A DNA stretch of 64,000 bases from Spirochaetales bacterium (GTDB taxonomy: Bacteria; Spirochaetota; Spirochaetia; SZUA-6; RPPD01), in NCBI GenBank assembly GCA_016934415.1, contig JAFGSW010000063.1:20043-84042 (forward strand). Direction: 5' to 3'. A program made the position numbers and the translations under genes. Under the pieces are notes generated by a model. The model saw only the letters and a program-made list of their open reading frames with translations. It did not search any database and was not told the DNA's origin. This document shows positions 9,266-19,727 of the stretch, piece by piece; the first letter of the stretch is position 1, and each line of letters starts with the position of its first letter.

Positions 9266-10462
9266 ATGCCCGAACCGTTCACCTTGCAGGAACGCATTTA
9301 TAAAAAAGGCTCGATTGTATGGATGGAGAATTCCAAGGCCATGCCCTACTTCTTCATCCTCAAGAGCGGACAGCTTCGCCAGTTTTTCAGGCTCATGGAC
9401 GAGGAGGAGGTGACCGTCCACGGCAAGGGCGACACCTTCGGCCTCATCGGCTGTCTTACCGGACACAATTACGTCGACCGGCTTATCGCGGTGGAAGACT
9501 CGACCGTGATCATGATCAAGACCGAGGAGCTCATTCCCTTCCTCGCCCACCGGTCGGAAATTTTTCTCAAGATCGTCGGCGATTATTCCAACCGCCTGCG
9601 CAACATCAACCAAAAGCTCTTCCAACTCTGCTCGCGCGGCAATTACGAGGACGTGCCGCGCCATTTCCTGGACATCGCCGAGTACTTCAAGGCGCACAAG
9701 CTCGATCGCAACGCCGTCTACGCCTACCGGCGTTACCTCGCCTACGGCGACGACCAGGCGCTGAAGACGGCGGTGGCGGCGGAAATCAAGGCGGCGGAAG
9801 CGCGGGTGGGGACGCCCCTTCCCCCCGAATCTTTCACACCCCAACGGCAGGGCGCCAAAGCGTCGTACCGGGGCGGGGAGATCATTTTCCTCGAGCAGGA
9901 AAAGGGCGACGAATTCTATTTCATCGAATCGGGCAAAGTGAAGATTTCGCACATCGACAAATCAAACGAATACGTGATCGCGGTGCTGCGCAGCGGCGAG
10001 TTTTTCGGTGAAATGGCGATCCTCAACCAGGAGGAACGCAACGCCTCGGCCATCGCTTTCGAGAACACGAGGCTCCTCGTCCTCAACAAGGACACCATCA
10101 TGCAGTCTCTTGGCGTGGAGATCCTCAAGAAAGTCTTCACCAGCCTCGCCAAGCGCATGTGGTATTCCTACCGCCGCTCCATCAACCTGAGCTACAAGAA
10201 CCCGGTCCTGCGACTTTACGATTGCCTCGATTTCATCATCGAGTCGAAGAGCGGCCAGAAGCGTGAGAACTCCTACTTTTTCGACATCAACTTCCACGAT
10301 CTCCGCGGGATGACCAACACCCTCGACGTTGAGGACTCGAAGATCAGGGATTTCCTCAACGACGAGAACATCAAGCTCAATTACGGGACCGTCTCGATCA
10401 TCAACCTTTCCAAATACACCGACACGCTCAAGGTCTACCGCAGCCGCGAACACACCATGTGA
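9266..10462 (+). CDS. Tandem cyclic-nucleotide-binding (cNMP/CAP-like) domain protein with an uncharacterised C-terminal domain
   Basis: Two CAP-type cNMP-binding cores: GDTFGLIGCLTGHNY...AVEDSTV and GEFFGEMAILNQEERNASAIAFENTRLLVL. No helix-turn-helix recognisable in the last ~130 aa. GGAAGGAGAGG ribosome-binding site. Confidence 0.8.
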   Translation: MPEPFTLQERIYKKGSIVWMENSKAMPYFFILKSGQLRQFFRLMDEEEVTVHGKGDTFGLIGCLTGHNYVDRLIAVEDSTVIMIKTEELIPFLAHRSEIFLKIVGDYSNRLRNINQKLFQLCSRGNYEDVPRHFLDIAEYFKAHKLDRNAVYAYRRYLAYGDDQALKTAVAAEIKAAEARVGTPLPPESFTPQRQGAKASYRGGEIIFLEQEKGDEFYFIESGKVKISHIDKSNEYVIAVLRSGEFFGEMAILNQEERNASAIAFENTRLLVLNKDTIMQSLGVEILKKVFTSLAKRMWYSYRRSINLSYKNPVLRLYDCLDFIIESKSGQKRENSYFFDINFHDLRGMTNTLDVEDSKIRDFLNDENIKLNYGTVSIINLSKYTDTLKVYRSREHTM

Positions 10463-10664
10463 AGTATCGAAGAAGAAGAACTGCGGATGACGCGGATAAA
10501 ACGCGGTTAAGAAAAAAGGGCAAAAATATTCCAGGCCTTCAAATGATCACTATAAATTTCAATTGTATAATTAATTTCTAAGTGTAAATATTTTCTCTTC
10601 AAATATTCATTCTTTCCATCCGCTCTTATCCGCGCTCATCCGTAGTTTCACTTCTTCCGGAGCG

Positions 10665-11603
10665 TCATTCGATCGCGCCGAAGCGGGAGAATGGAAAGAA
10701 GCGCAGGACCGATTTTCCCTGGATCCGATGGAGGTCGACCGGGCCGTAGAAACGGGCGTCTTTGGATTGGGGGCGATTGTCTCCCATCGGGAAAAACATG
10801 CCCGCCGGGATATACCAGCCGAGTTCCTGTTTGAGCCAGGCGGAAGCGGCGGCGGAGTCTTGCGGGTTCCGTTCCCACTCGGCCCGGGTGATGTCGACGG
10901 GCGGAGTCTCGCGGCGGACGCGTGCGGTAAGCCGGTCCAGAAACCGCGCCAGCGACCGCCGGTCGAGGGGAAGCGTTCGCCGGGAATAGTCGCCCTCGAT
11001 CGTATAGACCGTCCCCCCCCGGGCCATCAAATCCCGCTCCTCCAGCCATCGCTCCTCGCAGGCGGGGAGAATCTCGAAACGTCCGTTGAGCTGCCGCACA
11101 CGATCGCCGGGCAGCCCGATCACCCGCTTGATGAGGAGGTCGACGATCGGGTCTCCCCCGGAGTCGGTCTTCAGGTTGACGAGAGAAAGAGTGGCGATGA
11201 ACACGAGGCGATCAGCGAGTTCGGCGAGCGGACCGTTCTTCGCGTAGAGCTCGCTCTCAAAGGAAACGATTTCGCCGTGACGGGGTGACCGCAGGGCGGG
11301 CAACTTGAGCCGGCCTGGCAGGAGTTCCGGCCCGAAGGTGATTTTCTCCACCAGGATGAGGTCGCCGTCCAGGAGGGTGGGAACCATGGACTCCGAGGGA
11401 ATACGGTAATTCTGAAAAACGAGCATCTGGAAGACGACGGCGGCTATGAAAATAACGGCGAACGTTATAAGCCATTCAAGAATGACGGTAGGAACCTTCC
11501 GTTTACGCGCGGGGCTTCGTCGGGCGAGTCTGCGCCGCCGGCGACGGCTGAGCGCGGCCTCGGTCTTCGTCACGAGCCAATTTTCGAATTCCTTGAACGT
11601 CAC
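10665..11603 (-). CDS. lepB: Signal peptidase I
   Basis: N-terminal transmembrane segment. Box B with the catalytic Ser (IPSESMVPTL). C-terminal box E (GDNRPQSKDARFYGPV). Confidence 0.9.
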   Translation of the reverse strand: MTFKEFENWLVTKTEAALSRRRRRRLARRSPARKRKVPTVILEWLITFAVIFIAAVVFQMLVFQNYRIPSESMVPTLLDGDLILVEKITFGPELLPGRLKLPALRSPRHGEIVSFESELYAKNGPLAELADRLVFIATLSLVNLKTDSGGDPIVDLLIKRVIGLPGDRVRQLNGRFEILPACEERWLEERDLMARGGTVYTIEGDYSRRTLPLDRRSLARFLDRLTARVRRETPPVDITRAEWERNPQDSAAASAWLKQELGWYIPAGMFFPMGDNRPQSKDARFYGPVDLHRIQGKSVLRFFPFSRFGAIE

Positions 11604-11644
11604 ACACGTTCTCCCAAAAAAGAACGGCGATTTCCCTTCGCCTG

Positions 11645-11670
11645 AAAAAAAAGGGGCTCGTGAGGCCCCC
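11645..11670 (-). terminator. Rho-independent terminator downstream of rpmB
   Basis: On the minus strand: GGGGGCCTCACGAGCCCC stem-loop followed by TTTTTTTT. Confidence 0.55.
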
Positions 11671-11789
11671 CTTCGGCGTTCATGCGCACATTGATTTCCC
11701 GTCTTATTAGACGGGTCGCGCCCTTCAAGTTCGTTCCGGGGACCCGCCGATCGCTGGCCCGCTCCCCGCTCGCGAAGCGCTGCGATACT

Positions 11790-11978
11790 TCAGCGCTTCG
11801 TCACTTTCCCCGATCGGAGGCAACGGGTGCATACGGTAAGCACGGTCCGGCGTTCGCCGACGACCGCTTTCACCCGTTGCAGGTTCGGTTTCCACGACCG
11901 TCGGGTCTTATTGTGGGCGTGACTGACTTTGTTTCCGGTGGTGGTGTGTTTCCCGCACACATCGCATTGCATTCCCAT
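11790..11978 (-). CDS. rpmB: 50S ribosomal protein L28
   Basis: 62 aa: MGMQCDVCGKHTTTGNKVSHAHNKTRRSWKPNLQRVK.... This matches the L28 consensus C.V.GK...GN.VSHA.N.T.R...PNLQ. Confidence 0.9.
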   Translation of the reverse strand: MGMQCDVCGKHTTTGNKVSHAHNKTRRSWKPNLQRVKAVVGERRTVLTVCTRCLRSGKVTKR

Positions 11979-12172
11979 ATGCTTCCTCGAAATATAATAT
12001 CGTTTTTCGTGACTTTGAAAACGGAAGTTTTAAAAGTCTTTCACTGAAACCCGGCGCCCGGGCGAGAGGATAAAATAACACATACGCGAGGGAATGTAAA
12101 GGGGGCCAGTTGCACTATCCGCCGCGATAGATAATACTGTAGGAAAGGGCCGGCCGGTCCCGGGGAGCGTTT

Positions 12173-12460
12173 ATGAGTGATGAAAACAGATCGAAAACCA
12201 AGGTCGCGGGCGAAGATCTCATCCGAAAAATCAAGGAAATCGTACGTGAAGGCAATGTCCGCAAAATCGTCATCCGCGACGACAAGGGCAAGCAACTCCT
12301 GGAGTTGCCGTTGGCGGTCGGGCTTCTGGGCATCGCGATCGCGCCGCTCTGGGCGGTTCTGGGAACGGTCGGGGCCGTCGCCATGAATTACACGCTCGAG
12401 ATCATCCGCAAGGACGATGCGGAGAAATCGTCAGCGCCGGAGAAAAAAGCCGACGCATAA
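12173..12460 (+). CDS. DUF4342-family small protein
   Basis: 95 aa. EDLIRKIKEIVREGNVRKIVIRDDKGKQLLELPLAVGLLGIAIAPLWAVLGTVGAV is the characteristic DUF4342 pattern. GGGGAG ribosome-binding site. Confidence 0.7.
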   Translation: MSDENRSKTKVAGEDLIRKIKEIVREGNVRKIVIRDDKGKQLLELPLAVGLLGIAIAPLWAVLGTVGAVAMNYTLEIIRKDDAEKSSAPEKKADA

Positions 12461-12487
12461 GGCGACGGCCGGGACGGCCGTCGCCTT
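12459..12487 (+). terminator. Perfect 13-bp stem-loop directly after the DUF4342 stop (terminator-like, no clear U-tract)
   Basis: AAGGCGACGGCCG-gga-CGGCCGTCGCCTT. Only a distant A/T run on either side. Confidence 0.4.
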
Positions 12488-12678
12488 ATGCGACTGTCCG
12501 CGCATGTCTTTACAATTCTCATTTCTTTCCCAGTATGCAAATACGCTATAGGCGACTTCTTCAGGCCGAGTGACGGGCTGCATGGAGCGCTTTTCGATAT
12601 TCCATTTTTTTTATATTATGCGCATATAATTATATCATGATCTTCCCTGAACAGGATGCTCGTGAGCGGCGCAGTCGC

Positions 12679-15600
12679 TCACGAGCATCCTGTCGTGGAG
12701 CCGCAGGTTTCGCACTTGAGGCAGGTGCCGTTTCTGACCAGCGTGAAGTGGCCGCACTCGGGGCAGGGATCGCCCTCGTACCCGATGCGCCGCGCCTGCC
12801 TGGCCTGGTTTTGTTCCGCGATCTCCGCCGCGGCGGCGGGCGGCTCCTTCTTCGCTTCCTCCTGCATCATGGTGGTGGCGATGAGGTCGTCGGGCTTCAC
12901 CTGCACCAGGTCCGTCCGGTTCAGATAGGAGAGCGCCAGATCGCGGAAGATGAAATCGATGACCGAGGTCGTCATCTTGATGTTCTGGTGCCCGGAGACT
13001 GAGCCGTTCGGCTCGAAGCGCGTGAAGGTGAAAGCGTCGACGTACTCCTCGAGCGGCACGCCGTACTGGAGTCCCAGCGACAGGGCGATGGCGAAGCTGT
13101 TCAAAAGCGAGCGGAAGGCCGCGCCCTCCTTGTGCATGTCGAGGAAGATCTCGCCGAGGCTGCCGTCTTCGTACTCGCCGGTGCGCAGAAATATGCTGTG
13201 CCCGCCGATCTTGGCTTTCTGCGTGTACCCGGATCGTCGGTTGGGCAGGAGACGTCGTTTCTTGCGCGGCGGCTCGGCGTCCGGCGGCGCGGCCGCGGAT
13301 TGGCCGCGCTTGTCATGCGCCGCGAGGCCCACGATCGCGTCGCGCAGGGGGTTGCTTCCCGGCTCGAGGCTCGAAAGCGGCTGGCTCAACTTCGACCCGT
13401 CGCGGTAGACCGCCACGGCTTTCAGCATCTTTTCCCAGGCGAGCCAGTAGGCGGACTTGATGTCGTCGACGGTGCTCTCGTTCGGCATGTTGATGGTCTT
13501 GGAGATGGCTCCGGAGATGAAGGGCTGGACCGCGGCCATCATGTCGATGTGGGCGCGCCAGCCGATGGCCCGCGTTCCGCCGGCGCCGGGCTTGGAGGCC
13601 GTGTCGAAGACCGGGTAATGCTCGCTCTTGAGATGAGGCGCGCCCTCCAGCCGCATGGTGCCGCAGGCGTAGATTGACGCCCTCTCGATCTCATCCTGTT
13701 TAAATCCGAGATGGGAAAGAAGCTGGAAATCCGGCTTTGTGAAGACAGCCCTGTCGATTTTGAGCGTGTTTTCGAGAAATTCCCCGCCCACGACCGCCGG
13801 CAAGAAGGCGGAATGCAGCGAGAAGGTGTTCTTGAGTTCGGTTTCGATCTTTTTGAGGACGGCCTGGGTGAAGCCCTTTTTCCCGAGGGCCGCAAACGAC
13901 AATGGCGAATCGGGATCGAGGGTGCCGTGACCGATGCAGTAATGGACGATCTCTTCGGCCTGCTTCTTTGTGTACCCGAGTTTTTTCAGAGCGGGCGGGA
14001 TCGAGGTGTTGATGATTTTAAAGTACCCGCCACCGGCCAGTTTCTTGAACTTGACGAGCGCGAAATCCGGCTCAATGCCGGTCGTGTCGCAGCCCATGAC
14101 GAGGCCGATAGTGCCGGTCGGCGCGACCACGGACACTTGCGCGTTGCGAAATCCGTGGGACTCTCCCATTGAGAGCGCCTCGTCCCAGACGGTGCGCGCC
14201 GCTGAGAGGAGGTCCTTGGGACAGACTTGCGGGTCGAGCCCTTGCGGCGTCACCGACAGCCCTTCGTATTCCGAAACGGGCGCGTTATAGGCCGCGCGCC
14301 GGTGGTTGCGGATCACCCGGAGCATATGCTCGCGGTTGGCCTGGAAGCGCGCGAAGGGGCCCAGTTCCTTGGCCATCAGCGCCGACGTGCGGTAGCACTC
14401 GCCGGTAAGAATGGCGGAAAGCGCGGCGGCGATCGCCCTCCCCTCGGCGGAATCGTACGGGATGCCGAGCACCATGAGCAGGGCGCCCAGATTGGCGAAA
14501 CCGAGGCCGATCGTCCTGAAGTCGAAGCTCTTGCGGGCGATGGCCTTGCTCGGAAACTGGGCCATCACCACGGAGAGCTCGAGCACGATCGTCCACAGCC
14601 TGACGGCGTGGCGGAAATCGTCGATCAGGAACTTCCCCTTCTCCCGATCGTAGAACGTTATCAGGTTGAGTGAGGCGAGGTTGCAGGCGGTGTCGTCGAG
14701 GAACATGTATTCGGAGCAGGGATTCGAGGCGCGGATCGCGCCGTCGGCCGGGCAGGTGTGCCATTCATTGATGGTCGAGTGAAATTGAAGGCCGGGGTCG
14801 GCGCACTTCCAGGCGGCTACGGCGATCTCTTCCCACAGCGCGCGCGCCGGTATCGTCCCGGAGCGGCCGCCGCTCGTGCGGTTCACGAGCGCTCCCCCGC
14901 CGCCGGTCCTGACCGCCTCCATAAACGCCGCATCGACGCGCACGGAGTTGTTCGAGGACTGGCCGCTGACGGTGTTGTACGCCTCACCGTCCCACTCGGT
15001 CGAATAGACGGCGAGGTTATGGGCGCCGTAGCCCTGGCGCGCCAACTCGAGCACCTGGAAGAGAAAGGACGCCGGCACGTGGTCCAGAAGCGCGGACTGG
15101 AGCGCGTCGTAGAGCACCGTATTTTTCCCGGGGTTGAGGCGATCGGCGCCGGCGAGAGCTTTCGCCTTGCCGTCGAGAGCGGAAAGAATGCCCGTTACGT
15201 GCCGCCGGATGACCGCGCTGCCCGTGACCAGGGCGGCCACCTTGAAATCCTCCTCGACCTTCCATTCGACGAACTGGGCGATATCGGGGTGGTCGGCGTC
15301 GAGGCAGACCATGCGGGCGGCCCGGCGGGTGGTGCCTCCGCTCTTGATGGCCGAGGCGGAGCGGTCTCCGACGCGCAGAAAGGACAGCAGCCCGGACGAC
15401 ACCCCGCCTCCGCTTAAGGGCTCGTCTTTCCCCCTCAGGCTCGAGTAGTTGGTGCCCGTGCCCGAGCCGTACTTGAAGAGGCGCGCCTCACGGGTGATGA
15501 GGTCCATGATGCCGTTGTCGTTCACCAGATTGTCGTCGACGGACAGGATGAAGCAGGCGTGAGGCTGGGGCCGCTCATAGGCGCTTTTCGATTTTTCTAT

Positions 15601-16065
15601 CTTGTTCGTCTCTGGATCGACGTAGTAGTGTCCCTGGGGGGGACCTGAAATGCCGTATGCCGCGAACAGTCCGGTGTTGAACCACTGCGGCGAATTGGGG
15701 GCCGCCATCTGAAGGGCGAGCATGGCGCAGAGCTCGTCATAAAAGGCCTGGGCGTCCTCCTCCTCGTCGAAGTAGCCGTACTTTTTTCCCCATTCCTTCC
15801 ACGTGAGGGCCAGGCGATGGAAAACCTGCCGTGCGTCCCGCTCTCCGCCGGTGGCACCGTCGGGTTGCGGCACGCCGGTCTTCCGGAAGTATTTCTGGGC
15901 GAGGATATCGACGGAAATCTGGTTCCAGGAATCAGGCACATTAATGCCTTCCTGCCGGAAGATGCTCCGTCCGTCGAGATTTTTTATTTCACTCGTCCGC
16001 ACGACGAAAGATATGCCCTGGTAGGGATCTTCGCCCTTTTTCGTGAAGCGCCGCTCAATTTTCAC
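12679..16065 (-). CDS. nrdJ: Class II adenosylcobalamin-dependent ribonucleotide reductase, long form with a C-terminal zinc ribbon
   Basis: Active-site region [22 protein letters not shown]-terminal [22 protein letters not shown] zinc ribbon. The probable start is GTG at 16065 ([17 protein letters not shown]) with a GGAGGA ribosome-binding site 6 nt upstream; the ORF-track ATG at 16122 is an in-frame alternative. A 17-bp perfect hairpin (12651-12693) overlaps the stop codon. Confidence 0.9.
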   Translation of the reverse strand: MKIERRFTKKGEDPYQGISFVVRTSEIKNLDGRSIFRQEGINVPDSWNQISVDILAQKYFRKTGVPQPDGATGGERDARQVFHRLALTWKEWGKKYGYFDEEEDAQAFYDELCAMLALQMAAPNSPQWFNTGLFAAYGISGPPQGHYYVDPETNKIEKSKSAYERPQPHACFILSVDDNLVNDNGIMDLITREARLFKYGSGTGTNYSSLRGKDEPLSGGGVSSGLLSFLRVGDRSASAIKSGGTTRRAARMVCLDADHPDIAQFVEWKVEEDFKVAALVTGSAVIRRHVTGILSALDGKAKALAGADRLNPGKNTVLYDALQSALLDHVPASFLFQVLELARQGYGAHNLAVYSTEWDGEAYNTVSGQSSNNSVRVDAAFMEAVRTGGGGALVNRTSGGRSGTIPARALWEEIAVAAWKCADPGLQFHSTINEWHTCPADGAIRASNPCSEYMFLDDTACNLASLNLITFYDREKGKFLIDDFRHAVRLWTIVLELSVVMAQFPSKAIARKSFDFRTIGLGFANLGALLMVLGIPYDSAEGRAIAAALSAILTGECYRTSALMAKELGPFARFQANREHMLRVIRNHRRAAYNAPVSEYEGLSVTPQGLDPQVCPKDLLSAARTVWDEALSMGESHGFRNAQVSVVAPTGTIGLVMGCDTTGIEPDFALVKFKKLAGGGYFKIINTSIPPALKKLGYTKKQAEEIVHYCIGHGTLDPDSPLSFAALGKKGFTQAVLKKIETELKNTFSLHSAFLPAVVGGEFLENTLKIDRAVFTKPDFQLLSHLGFKQDEIERASIYACGTMRLEGAPHLKSEHYPVFDTASKPGAGGTRAIGWRAHIDMMAAVQPFISGAISKTINMPNESTVDDIKSAYWLAWEKMLKAVAVYRDGSKLSQPLSSLEPGSNPLRDAIVGLAAHDKRGQSAAAPPDAEPPRKKRRLLPNRRSGYTQKAKIGGHSIFLRTGEYEDGSLGEIFLDMHKEGAAFRSLLNSFAIALSLGLQYGVPLEEYVDAFTFTRFEPNGSVSGHQNIKMTTSVIDFIFRDLALSYLNRTDLVQVKPDDLIATTMMQEEAKKEPPAAAAEIAEQNQARQARRIGYEGDPCPECGHFTLVRNGTCLKCETCGSTTGCS

Positions 16066-16308
16066 CCGATTCCTCCGCGGACCGGATGAAGTCCTTCGCG
16101 CCGATGCACCAAGCCCCCTCACCTTCCGGTCATCGTTTTTTTTCGTATTGAGAGTATATGAATCTTTTCGCCAATTATCAAGCGCGCCTGATTTCTCTCA
16201 AGGAATGAACGAATACATCGTTCCGTACGGCCTCTTCCGCATCCGCGGATATCCGTAATCATCTTGAGCAACGAAAACGCATCGGGATGACAAGACGGCG
16301 TGGAGACG

Positions 16309-16986
16309 TCAGGGCGAATAATAATACGGTCCGATCATCACCCCGAAGTAGATGCCGCTTTTTTTGGCGTACGCGTAATATGTGAAACCGGCGGCGAGTT
16401 GTTTGTATTTGGTCCTGATTGACGAAATGTCGGCGAATTTCTGCGGCATCGGCAGTCGATCGATGAAGACGTCGTTCGCGTCGAATATCCACAACTCCGG
16501 ATCGGTGAAATCTCCTTCGACAAGGATCCGGTCGTTTTTCACGGACACGGAGGGGAACCGGGCATTGGCGGTTTCCACGTTCTCCTTTTTCATATAGAAC
16601 TGCGTTTCGGCGGTTTTTCCGCCCTGGTCCTCGACGAGAACGCGGTACATTCCCGTGGGCAGGTTCCGGCCGTCCGGCATGGCGAGTCCGTTCGAGCCGA
16701 TCCAGGCCACCCCCCGGACGCTGGCTTTTTCCCATTTCTCGGACGGTATGCTCCAGAAAAGCTCATCATCATCGTTGATGACGTTTATCGTTGCCAGGTC
16801 CTTTTCCCCGTCCTTGTCATTGGCCAGAACGAAGACGGACAATCTCTGGTAGGTGACGTCCATAAGCCGGTTCCGGAAGAATACAACCTGCCATTGCACG
16901 CTGTTGATCTGCGGCGCATTGTCGGAACAGGCCGGCGGCATAAGGATGAGTGCGAGCAAATACGAAATGGCGAAGCGCCTTTTCAT
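16309..16986 (-). CDS. Hypothetical lipoprotein
   Basis: 225 aa. Signal plus lipobox PPACSDN. The start overlaps the hisC stop (ATGA), which suggests co-transcription. No recognisable domain. Confidence 0.6.
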   Translation of the reverse strand: MKRRFAISYLLALILMPPACSDNAPQINSVQWQVVFFRNRLMDVTYQRLSVFVLANDKDGEKDLATINVINDDDELFWSIPSEKWEKASVRGVAWIGSNGLAMPDGRNLPTGMYRVLVEDQGGKTAETQFYMKKENVETANARFPSVSVKNDRILVEGDFTDPELWIFDANDVFIDRLPMPQKFADISSIRTKYKQLAAGFTYYAYAKKSGIYFGVMIGPYYYSP

Positions 16987-18110
16987 GACGCGGTTTCTCC
17001 TTTCCCCGTCGCGGCGAGGACCTCGTCGAGCGCGGCAAGGAATTTTTCGTTCGCGGTCCGGGTGCCGATCGTGACGCGGATGCGGGTCCGCATGGACGGC
17101 TGCGGCAGAGCGCGGACGATGACGCCGCGATCGAGAAGCGCATCGGCCAGGAACCGGTTTTCCCGGCCGGCGTCTATGAGGATGAAATTAGCCGATGTTG
17201 GTTGGTACGGAAGCGAACGGCGGTCGAGTTCCGCGTACAGGAACCGCTTTTCACGCTCGTTGTGCTCGATCGTCTTATGATAAAATACATCGTCCTCTAT
17301 TGCGGCTAGGGCCGCAATTTGGGCGAGCACAGAGACGTCGAAGGGCGGACGGACGCGGTACATCATGCTCACGAGCGCGGTCGCGCCGACCCCGTATCCG
17401 ATCCGGACCCCGGCCAAGCCGTAGATCTTGGAAAAGCTGCGGATGACGAAGACGTTGTCCCGTCCGTTTCGGATGTAGGAAAGAGCGTCGGGGACGGCGG
17501 AGGCGTCCGCAAAATCGCCGTAGACCTCGTCATAAATGAGAAACACATCTTCCGGCACGCGCGCCGCGAAGGAATGAAAAGCCGCCCTGCCGATGGCGGC
17601 GCCGGTGGGATTGTTGGGATTGGCGATCCAGATCATCTTGGTGCGCTTGGTAATCCGCGCCAGGATGTCCTGCAGGTCGATGTTGAGACCCTCCATCCTC
17701 GAAAAAACGGCTTTTCCGCGCATGGCGCGTACCGCGATTTCGTAATAGGGAAACGTGACTTCGGGGATGACGGCCTCATCGCCCTCGGCGAGCATGCTCA
17801 TGGCGCAGGCATAGATAAGTCCGTCCCCCCCATTGCCGAATATGATGCATTCCGGATCCACGCCGATACGCTTCGCCAGGGCGATTCTCGCCTCGCGGCA
17901 TGTCGCTTCCGGATACGCGAAAGCCTCCGCGGCGCGCGCCTGCACCGCCGCGAGGGCCGCGGGCGACATGCCGAAGGGATTCTCGTTCGAGGCCATTTTT
18001 ATGAATTCACCGCCGCCTTTTTCCCGGCCGGCCTCATAAACCGTTTTCCCCGGTTCGTAAGGTTTGATGCCGAGGATCCCGGGATTAAGCCGACGGTTCA
18101 AGTCTTTCAT
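16983..18110 (-). CDS. hisC: Histidinol-phosphate aminotransferase
   Basis: N-terminus MKDLNRRLNPGILGIKPYEPGK. PLP-lysine motif FSKIYGLAGVRIGYG. Class II aminotransferase length. Confidence 0.85.
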   Translation of the reverse strand: MKDLNRRLNPGILGIKPYEPGKTVYEAGREKGGGEFIKMASNENPFGMSPAALAAVQARAAEAFAYPEATCREARIALAKRIGVDPECIIFGNGGDGLIYACAMSMLAEGDEAVIPEVTFPYYEIAVRAMRGKAVFSRMEGLNIDLQDILARITKRTKMIWIANPNNPTGAAIGRAAFHSFAARVPEDVFLIYDEVYGDFADASAVPDALSYIRNGRDNVFVIRSFSKIYGLAGVRIGYGVGATALVSMMYRVRPPFDVSVLAQIAALAAIEDDVFYHKTIEHNEREKRFLYAELDRRSLPYQPTSANFILIDAGRENRFLADALLDRGVIVRALPQPSMRTRIRVTIGTRTANEKFLAALDEVLAATGKGETAS

Positions 18111-18242
18111 ACGCAGTGAGAGTATTATTTTTATCGGTCTTTGTATAGGGCAGCCGGCTTTGAAACGCCATGCCCTTTATGGTATACTGTAATGGATGGA
18201 ATCTCCGGTTACCTTGCCCCGGCTTTTTTCCGATATTGAGGT

Positions 18243-19472
18243 ATGATGCGTCTCCGCTGGCTCGTCTTTTCATTTTTTTACCTCTGCGCGTCCGGCCTCT
18301 GGGCTCAGAACCAATCTTCCGGGGTCTTCGCCCCCTTCGTCTCTCGTCTTGCCGCCGTACCACAGGCCGGACGAATCGTCCTCTCATGGAAAAACTCCGA
18401 GGATGCGAGCGGATACAAACAGGTGTTCCGCTCAGACGTCGAAATCACAGACCGAACGTTCGGGAGCGCGACGATGATCGCCCGGGTGGCTCCCAATGTC
18501 GAATCCCACCTCGATACCCCCCCCTCCGGGCATGATTATTTCTACGCGGTGCTCCTCGAGGACAACCGCGGCGATCTCTACCGCGTCTTCATTCCCTACC
18601 GCAACCAGACCGCAGCCGGTGTCCGGCTCGCGCAATCGGCGGAGAGCGCGGCTGCATCCGTCACCGGCATCACCGCGAGCGTGGCCGGTGAAACCGTGAT
18701 GGTGAGTTTCCTCCCTTCGAATAAAACGCGCGACCTCATTTTTTACCGAAGCACGGCGCCGATCCGCTCCGTCGCCGACCTGACCAAGGCCAGCTACTCG
18801 ATTCTTCTCAGCCCGGGGACGCTTCAGGTAAAGGACGTCCCCCTGCCCGGCATTGATTATTATTATGCGGTGCTGGACGCCGATCTCGTGAATTCCGGCG
18901 CATCAGTCTTTGTGACGGGACAGAACACGACGGCCTCCCCGGTGCAGATCCCGCTCGGCGACCTCTCCGCCAAAAACCGGGCGCCCGTCGAGCGCGTTTT
19001 CCCCCTGCCCGCCCCTCATGTCCTGTATAGCATTGAATCCGGTGAAGAGCTGCTGCCGCCGCTCCCCTTCCTCCTGCCCCAAAAAATGGAACTCGCCGGC
19101 GCGGTCCAGAATCGGATTGATTCACTCATCGGACGCATCCAGCGGCCGCCGAAAGAGATGACCTTTGAGCTCCTGCCGGTCGATGAGGCGTCCAACCTGG
19201 AAGGTGAAGACCTCCTCCTGCAGACGATCGTCAAAGCGTCAAGCGAAGATCCCGGGACCAAGGAAACAGTGGATAAAATCGGGGATTTCCTGCGGACGGC
19301 CCACGGAGACCGCATTGAGGCGCGGGCCCGCTTTTACCTGGGCCAGGCCTATTACCTCCACGGCCAGGTGAGGGAAGCGCTTCTCCAATTTGTCTTGGCC
19401 CAGCGGTATTACTATGTGGAAACTCAGAAATGGGTCGATGCCTGCCTCTCGTCGCTCGAGACGGCGAAATAA
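18243..19472 (+). CDS. Hypothetical secreted protein (beta-rich N-region, TPR-like C-terminus)
   Basis: Signal peptide MMRLRWLVFSFFYLCASGLWAQ. C-terminal ...ARFYLGQAYYLHGQVREALLQFVLAQRYYY is TPR-like. Confidence 0.6.
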   Translation: MMRLRWLVFSFFYLCASGLWAQNQSSGVFAPFVSRLAAVPQAGRIVLSWKNSEDASGYKQVFRSDVEITDRTFGSATMIARVAPNVESHLDTPPSGHDYFYAVLLEDNRGDLYRVFIPYRNQTAAGVRLAQSAESAAASVTGITASVAGETVMVSFLPSNKTRDLIFYRSTAPIRSVADLTKASYSILLSPGTLQVKDVPLPGIDYYYAVLDADLVNSGASVFVTGQNTTASPVQIPLGDLSAKNRAPVERVFPLPAPHVLYSIESGEELLPPLPFLLPQKMELAGAVQNRIDSLIGRIQRPPKEMTFELLPVDEASNLEGEDLLLQTIVKASSEDPGTKETVDKIGDFLRTAHGDRIEARARFYLGQAYYLHGQVREALLQFVLAQRYYYVETQKWVDACLSSLETAK

Positions 19473-19537
19473 TTCATCACGCGAACGCATTCCCGTGAGT
19501 ACTAAAGACTCTGATAATTTTCGGAAGGAGAAATTTA

Positions 19538-19702
19538 TAAGGAATCCAGGAAACCCGGAAATATCCGAAAAGGCAATAGCGAAATTTTTGAAATATTGTT
19601 ATTATCCCACCTGATTAATTAAAATTTCTTTCAACGGTAAAATGAATATAACGAATAGCGCCGCACGCTACTTTGCTGCTATTTACTTTCCTGGATTCCT
19701 TA
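19538..19702. repeat. MITE-like element copy A (165 bp), perfect 16-bp terminal inverted repeats
   Basis: Left end TAAGGAATCCAGGAAA at 19538-19553. Right end TTTCCTGGATTCCTTA at 19687-19702, an exact reverse complement. AT-rich interior. Lies between convergent genes. Confidence 0.7.
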
Positions 19703-19727
19703 TTGAATTCATTTCCTTTCCGAATAT

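Noticed and set aside
10463-10664. AT-rich 200-bp segment between the cNMP-binding gene and lepB, considered as a possible small RNA or tRNA locus
   Set aside because: No cloverleaf-compatible segments or conserved boxes were recognised. It looks like a plain convergent intergenic region.
16066-16260. A cobalamin riboswitch or NrdR operator in the nrdJ leader
   Set aside because: No GCCACTG B12 box and no convincing 16-bp NrdR-like palindrome seen by eye. This needs a proper Rfam or PWM scan before any claim.
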